A stretch of DNA of 63,471 nt, filler included, from Deltaproteobacteria bacterium (GTDB taxonomy: Bacteria > JACQOV01), in NCBI GenBank assembly GCA_016202395.1. It is 5 parts of 5 records of this genome, joined end to end, with 100 filler letters (N's around TTAATTAATTAA, not from the genome) between each part and the next. Parts side by side here need not be neighbours in the genome. Positions count along the whole stretch, not along the records: positions 1 to 8,817 come from JACQOV010000105.1; positions 8,918 to 25,830 come from JACQOV010000007.1; 3 more parts are not named here. One strand, written 5' to 3'. Position numbers and translations under genes: made by a program. Positions 1 through 9,896 of this stretch are shown here, piece by piece. Every line of letters starts with the position of its first letter. Position 1 is the first letter of the stretch. The notes beneath the pieces are model-generated. The model was not told the DNA's origin. It saw only the letters and a list, made by a program, of their open reading frames with translations, and searched no databases.

Positions 1-363
1 AACATCAAAAAGGTGGATCTTGCGATAAACCGAAACAATCTCACCGCTCGAACTTAGGAGAACACTGGTATTAAACACTTTCCCGTCCCGCGCTTTTTCG
101 GGAATCGTGCCACACAAGAGATAGATTTTGAGTTCTTTAGCGATTCTTCGAAGAGTCGTGATCGGCTCTCCCCTCAAAGAACAACGCACTCCCATTTCCT
201 CCCCCTCCGGACGAAGATAATAAAAATTCTCAGGAAGTCCAATCCACTCGGCTCCTTCCGCATGAGCCTTTCGAATGTAGTGAATGGCTTTCTCAAGATT
301 CTCTGCAGGATCTTGCTTCGAGCAAAGCTGAACAACAGAGGCGATCCATTTCTTCTTCATCAT
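1..363 (-). CDS. Carbon-nitrogen hydrolase (nitrilase superfamily, Nit1/Nit2-like), N-terminal part; runs off the window
   Basis: Not in the ORF track. Manual translation MMKKKWIASVVQLCSKQDPAENLEKA...LPENF...GTIPE...VFNTSVLL...YRKIHLFDV shows the catalytic Glu (LPE) and Lys (YRKIHLFD) motifs. Start overlaps the pfkA stop (ATGA). Confidence 0.9.
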   Translation of the reverse strand, partial: MMKKKWIASVVQLCSKQDPAENLEKAIHYIRKAHAEGAEWIGLPENFYYLRPEGEEMGVRCSLRGEPITTLRRIAKELKIYLLCGTIPEKARDGKVFNTSVLLSSSGEIVSVYRKIHLFDV

Positions 364-1469
364 ATACCCAAACAGACATTCAAGGACCGTGCAATTTCGA
401 GATAAGGATGATTCTTTGGAACTAATCTCTGCCCCCGAATGACTTGATGAAGTGAAACACGAGCCACTGCTCCGTTCTTCCACGCAATCATTTTCCCAAA
501 ATCACGATCGGCAATCGCCCTCACCGCCTCCACCCCCAGATGGGTGGCTAACATCCGATCAGAGGTCGAGGGCCACCCTCCGCGCAAAAGATGCCCCAAG
601 ATCGCGTATCGAGCCTCCATCCCGTGACGATTTAAATCCCCAGCGATCTTTTTTCCAATGCCACCCAAACGAAGACGGTGATCTGTCCCGGAGCCTGCTA
701 TCTCTTCCTGATACATCTGTCTGCCACCTCGAGGTCGAGCCCCCTCGGCAACCACAAGAATGCTAAAACGCCTCCCACGACGACTTCGTTCTTCAACAAC
801 CGTGCAGATCTTCTCCAAATCGTAGGGAATCTCCGGGATCAAAAGGATATCCCCACCAGAGGCAATGCCGCTGTAGAGAGCGATCCATCCCGCGTTTCGC
901 CCCATCGTTTCAACAATCATCACTCGATGATGCGACTGAGCGGTAGAATGAAGGGTATCGATCGCCTGACAGGCTTTAGCCACCGCGGTGTCAAAGCCAA
1001 TGGTCACATCGGTCTCTAAAAGGTCGTTGTCGATAGTTTTAGGGATCCCTATCACCGGGATCCCTTTCTGGAAAAGCTTCTGCGCAATGCCTAGAGTCCC
1101 ATCGCCGCCAAGACAAATGAGGGCCTCCACTTTAAGTTTCTCGCAATATCGAACCACCTCGTCCGAGCGATCCTCCCAAGTCATCTCCCCTTTCCGCTCT
1201 CTAGGAATTTTGAAAGGATTGGCGCGGTTAGAGGCCCCTAAAACGGTTCCACCCAAAGTAATAATTCCGGAGACATCGGCATATCGAAGCTTTCGAACCC
1301 TCTGTTCGATTAACCCTGCAAAGCCGTCCTGCACCCCAATGACGTGATTCAGACCCAGCTCATGGATGGCTGACTTGACCACGGCTCGAATGGCCGCATT
1401 GAGTCCGGGACAATCCCCTCCCCCTGTTAAGATTGCAATCTTTCGAATCTTCTTTTTTCGCTGTTTCAT
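360..1469 (-). CDS. pfkA: 6-phosphofructokinase (PfkA family)
   Basis: TGGGDCPGLN, GGDGT, PKTIDND and ETMGRNAGW motifs. Confidence 0.95.
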   Translation of the reverse strand: MKQRKKKIRKIAILTGGGDCPGLNAAIRAVVKSAIHELGLNHVIGVQDGFAGLIEQRVRKLRYADVSGIITLGGTVLGASNRANPFKIPRERKGEMTWEDRSDEVVRYCEKLKVEALICLGGDGTLGIAQKLFQKGIPVIGIPKTIDNDLLETDVTIGFDTAVAKACQAIDTLHSTAQSHHRVMIVETMGRNAGWIALYSGIASGGDILLIPEIPYDLEKICTVVEERSRRGRRFSILVVAEGARPRGGRQMYQEEIAGSGTDHRLRLGGIGKKIAGDLNRHGMEARYAILGHLLRGGWPSTSDRMLATHLGVEAVRAIADRDFGKMIAWKNGAVARVSLHQVIRGQRLVPKNHPYLEIARSLNVCLGI

Positions 1470-1488
1470 CTTAGTACCACCTTTTAAA

Positions 1489-2994
1489 TCAGTTGTGGAT
1501 CATTCGCTCCGCCGTGCGCGAAGCCACCGCCATAATCGTCAATTGTGGATTTACCCCCAATGCTGTAGGCAAAACCGAGCTATCACAAATGTAGAGGTTC
1601 TCAATATCGTAAGTTTGACAACGGGAGTCCACCACCGCCCTCTTACGATCTGCCCCCATCCGACAGGTCCCCATCGGATGAAACGCCGCCAATTCTAAAT
1701 CCTGTCCATTCACCGAATATCGCTTCCAAGCCAGTTCCACCTCCTCCATCGAATGGAGAATTGGAAACCCCCGGATCGCCGCATAAACATCTCGAGCCCC
1801 AGAGGCAAAGTAAGCTTGAGCCAGGTACTGGAGCCCTCGAACGATTCGAGTCGCATCCGATGGTGTCAAGTGATAGGTCACCCACGGGCGCCAACCGGGA
1901 AGCCAACGAACCGATCCGCTCGATTCATCCTTAATCAAGGCCCCATAGGCCGCCCAATGCTTAAACTGCGCCATCCATTCTTTGTGTTCTTTTCCACCAA
2001 AAGGGAGGCTCGAGGCCATGAGTTCCACAGGGCCAAAACTGGACTCGATTAAGATCCCCTCTTCCTCAAATTGATAAATGCCGAAACCTTGAGGATTGCC
2101 TTGCCAACCGAGGATCTCTTCAGGGAAGAGCGCAAAGGCAGCCCCCGCAGGATGGATGTGAAGATTCTTTCCAACTTGACCGCTACTGTTCGCCAGATGA
2201 CTCTTCTGCAAGATCATCGGAGATCCAAAGGCCCCTGCGCAAAGAATCACTCGGTCTGCAAGAATCTCAAACTCCTGTTCCCTTTTTTCGGTAGCTCGAT
2301 CCAAAATGGCTCCACGAACCCCCACGGCTCGCCTCCGTTGGGTGAGTATCTGTTCCACACGACAATCGGCATAGATTTTAGTCCCTAAATCGGAGGCCAT
2401 TGGGAGATAGGTGATGAGCATGCTCTTCTTCGCATTAATGGGACATCCGATATTACACCGACTACAACCGATGCACGTAGGAGCATTTTTGGGAAGCAAG
2501 GCTCCACGCCAACCTAATTTTTCCAATCCGGACTTTAGAATGAGATTATTTCGCCCCACAAGGGCCTCCAAGACAGGCCCCACTCCCAACACCTGCTCTA
2601 GGTCCTGAAAATGCGGAAGGAGATCTGAAGCGCTCAGCCCCTCAACCCCCTCATTTTTTTCCCAATCCTCAAGAACCGAGATCGGCGTCCGAAAGCACGT
2701 TCCGGTGTTGATGACCGAAGAGCCTCCCACACAACGCCCTTGGCAGATCGGGATGACTGGAGTCCCCACGGTCATCATGAGCCCCCTATTTTTGTAGAGC
2801 TTCCCCATCATCTCGGTAGGATTCGAGGTAAAATCCTTGTTCGTGTAATAGCCCCCTTCTTCGAGAACGATCACACGCATCCCCGCTTTTTGAAGCCGAT
2901 AGGCTAGGATCGATCCAGCCGAGCCGGAACCGATAATACAAACATCGGCTTTGTCTCGAATCGGCCCTTGAATGTGTAAAGATTCGATGATCAT
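1489..2994 (-). CDS. GMC family FAD-dependent oxidoreductase, catalytic subunit
   Basis: IIGSGSAG Rossmann motif, GRCVGGSSVIN, Cys cluster CIGCSRCNIGC, HPMGTCRMG, GVNPQLTI. Confidence 0.9.
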   Translation of the reverse strand: MIIESLHIQGPIRDKADVCIIGSGSAGSILAYRLQKAGMRVIVLEEGGYYTNKDFTSNPTEMMGKLYKNRGLMMTVGTPVIPICQGRCVGGSSVINTGTCFRTPISVLEDWEKNEGVEGLSASDLLPHFQDLEQVLGVGPVLEALVGRNNLILKSGLEKLGWRGALLPKNAPTCIGCSRCNIGCPINAKKSMLITYLPMASDLGTKIYADCRVEQILTQRRRAVGVRGAILDRATEKREQEFEILADRVILCAGAFGSPMILQKSHLANSSGQVGKNLHIHPAGAAFALFPEEILGWQGNPQGFGIYQFEEEGILIESSFGPVELMASSLPFGGKEHKEWMAQFKHWAAYGALIKDESSGSVRWLPGWRPWVTYHLTPSDATRIVRGLQYLAQAYFASGARDVYAAIRGFPILHSMEEVELAWKRYSVNGQDLELAAFHPMGTCRMGADRKRAVVDSRCQTYDIENLYICDSSVLPTALGVNPQLTIMAVASRTAERMIHN

Positions 2995-2999
2995 AAATT

Positions 3000-3533
3000 T
3001 CAGCCGCAGCGGAGCTGATATCCCATGTCATTTTTTACTTCGGGGAGACCGTAGAATGCGTTAAAGCAAAGGGCTTTCGGCAACCGAATCATATTCCGGA
3101 GGTGATACCAACGATGATTGGAAAATCGATCGAGATAGAGATCTTGAAGCTCAGGGCTCAAACGAGTCATCCGAGACCATTTCCCAATCACCAAAAACGG
3201 AGCCCATTCCACCACACCGATGAGAAGCTTTACGAACAAGGCAATCTCTCGAGGCCAGATCTGAAGCCACTTTTCAGACAGGCGTGGGATATCGAAATCT
3301 TTAGCCCCTAAGGGGTGAGGGCCTCCGGGAGGGATTGAGAGATTGGCAATGGCTTGAAGTGTGCGCGCCTCGGAAGCGCTCAAAACCTGCAATCCATCGG
3401 AACGGGAGTCCGACGGAGCGCATCCCCACGGCCAAAAGCGAGTCAAAACCAACGCAATCGGAGTCCAAAAAAGGAGTCGCAAAAAAGATCGTCGGCTGGT
3501 CGGCTGCTCAAAGAAATCCATTCCAGCTTGCAA
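3000..3533 (-). CDS. Tat-signal partner subunit (gluconate 2-dehydrogenase subunit 3-like)
   Basis: SRRSFL twin-arginine motif; LSASEARTLQAIANLSIPP and C-terminal FYG...MGY pattern; directly upstream of the GMC gene. Confidence 0.7.
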   Translation of the reverse strand: MQAGMDFFEQPTSRRSFLRLLFWTPIALVLTRFWPWGCAPSDSRSDGLQVLSASEARTLQAIANLSIPPGGPHPLGAKDFDIPRLSEKWLQIWPREIALFVKLLIGVVEWAPFLVIGKWSRMTRLSPELQDLYLDRFSNHRWYHLRNMIRLPKALCFNAFYGLPEVKNDMGYQLRCG

Positions 3534-3578
3534 GTTACACTAGAAGAATTTAGAAATCAAGAAAGGGGAACTCTAAAG

Positions 3579-4823
3579 CTAGCGAATCTGAGTCGAGGAA
3601 AAGAGGACCGAATCTTGAGAAACGCGATCCTCTGTGGTTCGAACCACCTTGGTATCTTCCCCTAAGATCACAATCCGATGGGAAGGCTCTTGATAGTTAA
3701 AAATCTCTGCTCCAAAAGTGGAAATACGATAAGCGGCGCCGTCATCACAAGTAAAGTCCCACTGGAGTTGGAGAAGGGTCTGTTTATCGTCCACCTTACC
3801 CAGTAATTCGGAGGAAGAACAGCTCAATCCCTCGATCGTTGTTTGGACAAAACCTCCGAGATCTTCTCCTTTTACAGTGTTTACAGACATCTCAAATGCC
3901 CATGGCTTAACCCCTGTAGAGAAATAAAAGACAAAGGAAAGGAAATCACCTAAAAGAGGAGACCCTACGTAGGTAAAGACTCCCGCCTTTATCGCAGAGT
4001 CCCCATCGGGATTGATCACCTCGACGTCTACGGACCCTGGAGTCGCCGCGGAAGGAGTCACAGCCCGAATGAGGTTGCGACTCACTACCTCTACGCTCTG
4101 CGCACTTTCCCCTCCGATATAAACTTGCGCTCCGCCCTCAAATCCCTTTCCTACAATCCAAATCTGTCGTCCCCCCTCCAACCCTCCAGAGTTAGGAACG
4201 ACACCATAAATCGTCACGGAATCCCCTTTGAGGCATTCCTCAGTGATCGTCGCCAAGATCTCGCTAAGATGAGCTAGATCCCACTTTCCTGCCTCGCGAA
4301 AAGCTTGAGCCACCTCCTCCACACACGTGTCCTCTCCGTCATCGCCGGGGTCATCCCCATCGTCGATATCAGAACAGGCTTGAGAATCAGAAACCACCTG
4401 AATTTTAAAGATAACAGAATCGGACTGCTGATCGGGATTCACCACATCCACAACAATCTGTCCATCGGGAAGCTCTTCCAAAACCTCTTGAGGAATTTCT
4501 GCCTGAAGATGGGTTGAAGTAATGAGCTGTGCTTCCGGAGACAGAAACCCATCGATGAAAACAGTGGCTCCCGACTGAAAATCGGCCCCAATAATGTCGA
4601 TTTTCGTAGTGGAACTGACTATCCAACACGTGGGATCGATCGCTTCGATTAAAGGGGGATTCGAAGAAGGGCTGGGCTCCGGTTCTTCTCCCGGCGATCC
4701 TGCGGTAGGAGTTGCTTCCTCCGGTTCCGGCTCCGTAGACACACGACGATCGTCCGAGCAATTCACGGCAAATAACAAAGGGACCAAACCCGCTAAAATA
4801 AATCTCTTGATCTCTTGACCCAA
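3579..4823 (-). CDS. Lipoprotein with two IPT/TIG domains and an uncharacterised C-terminal domain
   Basis: Lipobox-like LFAVNC; IPT signatures such as GVVPNSGGLEGG..I.IVGKGF..GAQVYIGG and VDVEVINPDG. Confidence 0.75.
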   Translation of the reverse strand: MGQEIKRFILAGLVPLLFAVNCSDDRRVSTEPEPEEATPTAGSPGEEPEPSPSSNPPLIEAIDPTCWIVSSTTKIDIIGADFQSGATVFIDGFLSPEAQLITSTHLQAEIPQEVLEELPDGQIVVDVVNPDQQSDSVIFKIQVVSDSQACSDIDDGDDPGDDGEDTCVEEVAQAFREAGKWDLAHLSEILATITEECLKGDSVTIYGVVPNSGGLEGGRQIWIVGKGFEGGAQVYIGGESAQSVEVVSRNLIRAVTPSAATPGSVDVEVINPDGDSAIKAGVFTYVGSPLLGDFLSFVFYFSTGVKPWAFEMSVNTVKGEDLGGFVQTTIEGLSCSSSELLGKVDDKQTLLQLQWDFTCDDGAAYRISTFGAEIFNYQEPSHRIVILGEDTKVVRTTEDRVSQDSVLFSSTQIR

Positions 4824-4847
4824 AAACCACCCCTTCGAAACTCTTAA

Positions 4848-4888
4848 ACCCCCACCCCACCCTCTCCCCTTAGAAAGGGGAGAGGGTC
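4848..4888. repeat. Palindromic repeat, CCCTCTCCC-loop-GGGAGAGGG family
   Basis: CCCTCTCCCC/GGGGAGAGGG hairpin preceded by a C-rich run; same family as copies at 56118-56223 and 57225-57274. Confidence 0.7.
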
Positions 4889-4928
4889 TCGAGTGGGAAA
4901 GAGAGATTGAGAACGCTCAACTTCCGAT

Positions 4929-5507
4929 CTAGTCCGCACACTGCACTTGTTGACCGATAGTCACCTGAGTCGAAGAAAAGGCCATGTGTTCCTGAGAAGT
5001 ATCACAATCGGGATCCTCCACACAGTCAATTTCAACTTCCAGATCGCTATCCGCTTCATTGGTAACTAAGAGGTAACGCCCGCTCGAACTCTGGAGAATC
5101 TCCACACCAAAGATAGAGAATGTAACTTGGGCGTCTCCATTATCGCTTGAAGTGCAATCTTGAGTCCAACTTACATTGGCTCGAGGGGCCTTCCGAGTCC
5201 CTCCGATACTCCCAGCAAGATTAAAGTCGGATTTTTTTACGCAACCCTCATTGTCTCTCTCTAGGGGTGTGCAGGTATAGGTAGAATCATTGACCGAAAA
5301 ATTTGAAACCTCCGCATACCCCACGGGCTGACCGGACAAATCATGAACATAGATATCGACAAACGACGCGGTCACTCCCGTGTCATAATCAAAAATAAAT
5401 CCCGTATAGTCTCCCCGGGAATCACCCGAACATCCCATGACCCCCATGGAAAGACCCAGGCTCACCACAGACAGCAGAACCCACATAACACGATGCGTCT
5501 TCTTCAT
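4929..5507 (-). CDS. Hypothetical lipoprotein
   Basis: Start chosen at MKKTHR (AAGGAG RBS upstream); hydrophobic signal ending VMGC. Confidence 0.75.
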   Translation of the reverse strand: MKKTHRVMWVLLSVVSLGLSMGVMGCSGDSRGDYTGFIFDYDTGVTASFVDIYVHDLSGQPVGYAEVSNFSVNDSTYTCTPLERDNEGCVKKSDFNLAGSIGGTRKAPRANVSWTQDCTSSDNGDAQVTFSIFGVEILQSSSGRYLLVTNEADSDLEVEIDCVEDPDCDTSQEHMAFSSTQVTIGQQVQCAD

Positions 5508-5580
5508 AATAGTCTCCTTAAGGTTGTTAGATTTTAATGATAACGACATGATCGGGCTTCTACACCCATCCATTTTTGCA

Positions 5581-5596
5581 TGCAATTTTCGTGCCA
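5581..5596 (-). promoter_or_regulatory. Sigma54 (-24/-12) promoter
   Basis: TGGCACGAAAATTGCA matches TGGCAC-N5-TTGC, about 75 bp upstream of the lipoprotein start. Confidence 0.85.
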
Positions 5597-5744
5597 GAAA
5601 CAAACACCGTTCAAAGAAAAAAACTCAGCTAGAACATACAAAAAGAAACTCGAAAAATGTTTTTAAAATTAAGATCCTACAACATATTGTTTCAAAAATG
5701 AGGGGGTCAAGGAAATAGAGAGATTTTGAAACAGCGTAAAGGGG

Positions 5745-5882
5745 TGTTAATTTTTTTTACAGGTCCAACCGCCAATTTGAGGCCTAACATCTTGTAAAAT
5801 AAAATGATTCTACTATGTAAATTTCATTCACAGTAGGATGTCAATATTAATTGACAAAAAGAGGACTGTCAAAAATTCGACA
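5745..5882. promoter_or_regulatory. Cluster of TGT-N10..12-ACA inverted repeats, probable enhancer (bEBP) sites
   Basis: Sites at 5745, 5816, 5839 (TGTCAAT-ATTA-ATTGACA) and 5867, 150-290 bp upstream of the sigma54 promoter. Confidence 0.6.
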
Positions 5883-5916
5883 CGCAATGGGTAGAATAAA
5901 GGATCAACCCGTTGGG

Positions 5917-7110
5917 CTAGCTGCGATAAGCGGAGTTGATTCGGATGTACTCTTCTGTGAGATCACTCGTGAGAACCTCTGCGTTGGACCGTCCCATCTT
6001 GAGGTCCATCACCAGATCAATTTCGTGACGTCGGAGACGACGAGCCGCCACTTTCTCTTTCGCAAACCCCAGCGGCCTCCCATTCTTGAGAACGGGAACA
6101 CCGGAGATCTTAATATCGACCTTGTTAGGATCCAAGGGAACTCCTGTGGCCCCAGCAGCGGCAACGATCCGACCCCAATTAAGGTCTTCCCCATACAACG
6201 CCGTTTTTACGAGCAAAGAGTTTGAAATGCGATAAGCCACCTCACGAGCCGCTGAAATAGAAGGGGCCCCTTGAACACAAACCTTAACAATCTTGGTTCC
6301 CCCTTCGGCATCTTTGACAATCATTCGCGCCAACTCTCTCATGACACTGTAAAGCGCTTGTTCAAACTTCCTCGCATCGCGAGATCCTGAAGTGAGTATG
6401 CGATTGTGAGCCTGGCCATTGGCAAGCAACACCGCGGTGTCGTTAGTGCTGGTATCTCCGTCAATGGTGATGGCATTAAAGCTCAAATCAATCCCTTTTC
6501 TAAAAATGGCGCGCATCCATGGGAGAGAAATTGCGGCATCGGTCACAAGATAAGCCAACATCGTCGCCATGTTTGGCATAATCATTCCAGCCCCTTTCGC
6601 AACACCCAGCAAACGAACCGGAGTTTTCCCTAATGGTATCGATTCATAAACAACTTTCCGAACGATGTCCGTAGTCATAATCGCGTCAGCAAAAGTGTGG
6701 GCCCCAAAAGGGGAAAGATGTTCAACCCCCTTTGGAACCCCTTCACGAATTGCGCTTATTCGAAGCGGCTCTCCGATGACACCGGTTGATGAAACCAAAA
6801 CCTGCTTTGGTTTGAGGCCCAAAGCGCGAGCCGCAAGCGCAGCCATCTCTTTGGCGTCGCGAACTCCTCGCTCCCCCGTGCAAGCGTTGGCATTCCCGCT
6901 ATTCACGAGGATCGCGCGACAAAAACCGGCGCGGGCTACCTCACGCCCCCAAAGAACGGGAGCAGCCGCAAATCGGTTCCGCGTAAAAACAGCGGCGATC
7001 TTGGCCGGGACCTTCGAGTAAATCAAACCGAGGTCCTTCTTCCCATTTTTCTTGATTCCAGAGGCAATGCCACTAAACAAAAACCCTTGAACTGCCTTCG
7101 ATTTCTTCAT
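5917..7110 (-). CDS. argJ: Glutamate N-acetyltransferase / ornithine acetyltransferase
   Basis: NSGNANACTG, STGVIG, KGAGMIMPNMATML autocleavage site, DGDTSTND, DAEG. Confidence 0.97.
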   Translation of the reverse strand: MKKSKAVQGFLFSGIASGIKKNGKKDLGLIYSKVPAKIAAVFTRNRFAAAPVLWGREVARAGFCRAILVNSGNANACTGERGVRDAKEMAALAARALGLKPKQVLVSSTGVIGEPLRISAIREGVPKGVEHLSPFGAHTFADAIMTTDIVRKVVYESIPLGKTPVRLLGVAKGAGMIMPNMATMLAYLVTDAAISLPWMRAIFRKGIDLSFNAITIDGDTSTNDTAVLLANGQAHNRILTSGSRDARKFEQALYSVMRELARMIVKDAEGGTKIVKVCVQGAPSISAAREVAYRISNSLLVKTALYGEDLNWGRIVAAAGATGVPLDPNKVDIKISGVPVLKNGRPLGFAKEKVAARRLRRHEIDLVMDLKMGRSNAEVLTSDLTEEYIRINSAYRS

Positions 7111-8817
7111 CTAAGCCACTCCTATTGCAGAACCATGACACTTTTTGTACTTTTTACCACTTCCACAGGGGCAAGGCTCGTTCCGCCCCACCTTTTTGGC
7201 CTCCCTTTGAACCGTCTTAGGCTGTTGCGCCGCCGCTGGGGCTCCTCGATTCATCATCAAGGGAGCGCGGCGAATCGGCTCAAATGTTTGAGCCTGAGAT
7301 TGTTTGGCCACCTGCACTTTAAAGAGCTTCTCCAACGCCTCAGAATCGACTCGAGCCGTCATGTCGATAAAGATCTCAAACGCCTCTTTCTTGTACTCTT
7401 GCAAAGGATTGCGCTGTCCATAGCCCCGCAACCCAATCCCCTCCTTGAGATGATCCATCACATAAAGATGATCCTTCCACTGCGCATCGATGGTCTGGAG
7501 CAGAATAATCCTCTCCAATCGACGCAGGATCTCAACTCCAACCTGTTTTTCCCTCTCCTCGTAAAAAGCGAGAACTTTTTCATGAATATAGGATCGCAAC
7601 GGATCGACGGGATCCTTGGCCGACTCTATCGGCGGGAAATCCAGGTGAAGATTAAAAGTTTTAAAACAATGCTCCTGCAACTCTTTGAGATCCCAATCTT
7701 CGGGGCGAGTTTTGGCATTCACACACAAAGCAAGGAGGTCCTCTGTCACGGCATTTATTTTTTCAGCAACCGTCTCTTTAGCGCTTTCCGAGGTGAGGAT
7801 TTCCCGCCGCTGCTTGTAGATGGTCTCCCGTTGCCGATTCATCACATCGTCGTATTCGAGAAGATGTTTTCGGATCTCAAAGTTGCGAGCCTCCACTTTT
7901 TTTTGCGCATTCTCAATGGCCCGCGTAACAAGTTTGTGCTCAATCGGAATATCTTCCTCCATCCCAAGCCTCTGCATTAAACCGGAGATTCGCTCGGATC
8001 CAAAGATTCTCATCAGATCATCCTCCAGCGAGAGGTAGAAACGGGAAGAACCGGGATCCCCTTGACGCCCCGATCGTCCCCGAAGCTGATTGTCGATTCG
8101 ACGCGCCTCATGCCTCTCCGTTCCCAAAATATGCAACCCCCCCGCCGCGACCACCTCTTCTCTTTCTTGCTTACATTGTTCGCGAAGGGCGGCGAGCTTT
8201 GCCGCAACCTCTTCAGGAGGAGTCTCTTCCTTAATCTGATGCTTTAAAAGCATGTCCGGATTTCCACCCAAAACGATGTCGGTTCCACGACCCGCCATAT
8301 TGGTCGAAATCGTGACCGCCCCTTTTCGCCCGGCCTGTGCGACAATCTCGGCCTCTTTTTCATGATGTTTGGCGTTTAAAACGTGGTGTTTAATCCCTTT
8401 GCGATGAAGCATATGACTGAGCTTCTCGGATTTCTCAATGGAGATCGTGCCCACAAGAATAGGTTGACCTTTCGCGTGAAGCTCCTCAATCCCGAGGATA
8501 GCGGCCCGAAACTTCTCTTCCTCGGTTCGATACACAACATCGGGATGATCCATTCGAATCATCGGCCGATGGGTCGGGACGATAATCACCTCGAGCTTGT
8601 AGATGTTGTGGAACTCCGGGGCCTCGGTATCGGCCGTCCCGGTCATCCCCGCCAACTTTTGATACATCCGGAAATAGTTCTGAAACGTGACGGAGGCCAG
8701 CGTTTGATTCTCATTGGCGATCTGAACTCCCTCTTTGGCTTCCACCGCTTGGTGCAATCCATCACTCCAACGCCGCCCTGGCATCAGGCGCCCTGTGAAC
8801 TCATCAACAATAATCAC
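7111..8817 (-). CDS. secA: Preprotein translocase SecA, C-terminal part (5' end lost in the contig gap)
   Basis: [30 protein letters not shown] and SEC-C motif [14 protein letters not shown]. Confidence 0.98.
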   Translation of the reverse strand: MIIVDEFTGRLMPGRRWSDGLHQAVEAKEGVQIANENQTLASVTFQNYFRMYQKLAGMTGTADTEAPEFHNIYKLEVIIVPTHRPMIRMDHPDVVYRTEEEKFRAAILGIEELHAKGQPILVGTISIEKSEKLSHMLHRKGIKHHVLNAKHHEKEAEIVAQAGRKGAVTISTNMAGRGTDIVLGGNPDMLLKHQIKEETPPEEVAAKLAALREQCKQEREEVVAAGGLHILGTERHEARRIDNQLRGRSGRQGDPGSSRFYLSLEDDLMRIFGSERISGLMQRLGMEEDIPIEHKLVTRAIENAQKKVEARNFEIRKHLLEYDDVMNRQRETIYKQRREILTSESAKETVAEKINAVTEDLLALCVNAKTRPEDWDLKELQEHCFKTFNLHLDFPPIESAKDPVDPLRSYIHEKVLAFYEEREKQVGVEILRRLERIILLQTIDAQWKDHLYVMDHLKEGIGLRGYGQRNPLQEYKKEAFEIFIDMTARVDSEALEKLFKVQVAKQSQAQTFEPIRRAPLMMNRGAPAAAQQPKTVQREAKKVGRNEPCPCGSGKKYKKCHGSAIGVA

Positions 8818-8917
8818 NNNNNNNNNNNNNNNNNNNNNNNNNNNNNNNNNNNNNNNNNNNNTTAATTAATTAANNNNNNNNNNNNNNNNNNNNNNNNNNN
8901 NNNNNNNNNNNNNNNNN
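8818..8917. other. Artificial contig linker
   Basis: N-run flanking the six-frame stop TTAATTAATTAA. Confidence 0.97.
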
Positions 8918-9011
8918 TTACAGAATAGTAAAAAACCTCCACACTAAAGTAAACAATCCTACACACAAAGTTGGATTGTAAATCGGAAACAAACGAGCAG
9001 ATTGAAGAAAA

Positions 9012-9039
9012 CTGGATTCCCATTTTCATGGGAATGACG
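9012..9039. repeat. Short palindromic repeat CTGGATTCCC-N8-GGGAATGACG (dRS3/RPE-like)
   Basis: Same element at 50389-50484 (3 copies) and 60982-61009. Confidence 0.8.
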
Positions 9040-9065
9040 AATGGGTTCTGGAAACCTCTAACATT

Positions 9066-9896
9066 TCAAATTTTTCGTCCGAGCTTCTTCATTCTCGCCT
9101 TTGATAAGGGGAGTAAAGGCATCATTTCATCACGAACAAAATCAGCTGCTCTGATCACATCGTAATCGGTGCCAGGCACAAGCAGTGGCCCGATGTCTTC
9201 GAGAAAACCACGATCCGCGAGCTTCTGATCCAAATTCTCGAGAAACGATTCACGATGAATCGGCTTTCGTAAATGTTGACAGTACTCCACAAAGAAATTT
9301 ACGACTTTTTTATAATCAGGTTTAATCTCTTGACTTTTCCAAAGATCGAATAGGTCTCGCCCTTTAGATCTTTGAAAGAGAGCCCTTAATTTAGTAGCCA
9401 ACAGCTCCTCGATAGAAAAAGTTGTAACTTCCGCTTCCCCTTTCAACCAAACCGAATCCAAAGTAAATTTCTTCTTTTGATAACCCTCGATCGCAACATG
9501 TTCCCGAGTATTAATTTCAATTTTAATTCGTTGCGGGTGAATGGGCCTGGCTTCAGGAACAAATGAATAATAAAGTCGGAAACTTCCCCTTCGAGGTTTC
9601 CATTTGGGGTTTTCTCCAAAGAGGGAAGCCATGGCATTTCGGAGTTCTTTGACTGTCGGTCCGATTTTCTCTGCGGTGGTTTGAACAAAATCGAGGTCTT
9701 CGCTGTATCTCGCTGGAGAACTCCAAAACAGCTTGTTCAAACAGGTCCCCCCGCGGAACGCCAATTTCTCTGCCAAAAAGGGATTCGCATAGATTTTTTG
9801 AATCATCGCATGCAGAAGGAGATCTTGCTCTACTTGAGTGTCATCCCTCCAAGGAACCCGATTTCTCCAACCCACAATGGCATCTTCACCGATCAT
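9066..9896 (-). CDS. AbiEii-like nucleotidyltransferase toxin (type IV TA)
   Basis: QVEQDL, FRGGTCL, RYSEDLD, KIEINTRE, KLRALFQRSKGRDLFDL. Confidence 0.9.
   Translation of the reverse strand: MIGEDAIVGWRNRVPWRDDTQVEQDLLLHAMIQKIYANPFLAEKLAFRGGTCLNKLFWSSPARYSEDLDFVQTTAEKIGPTVKELRNAMASLFGENPKWKPRRGSFRLYYSFVPEARPIHPQRIKIEINTREHVAIEGYQKKKFTLDSVWLKGEAEVTTFSIEELLATKLRALFQRSKGRDLFDLWKSQEIKPDYKKVVNFFVEYCQHLRKPIHRESFLENLDQKLADRGFLEDIGPLLVPGTDYDVIRAADFVRDEMMPLLPLSKARMKKLGRKI

Noticed and set aside
8918-8990. Possible further enhancer sites at the contig start
   Set aside because: Only half-matches (AGT-N10/11-ACA) and any promoter would lie in the gap.
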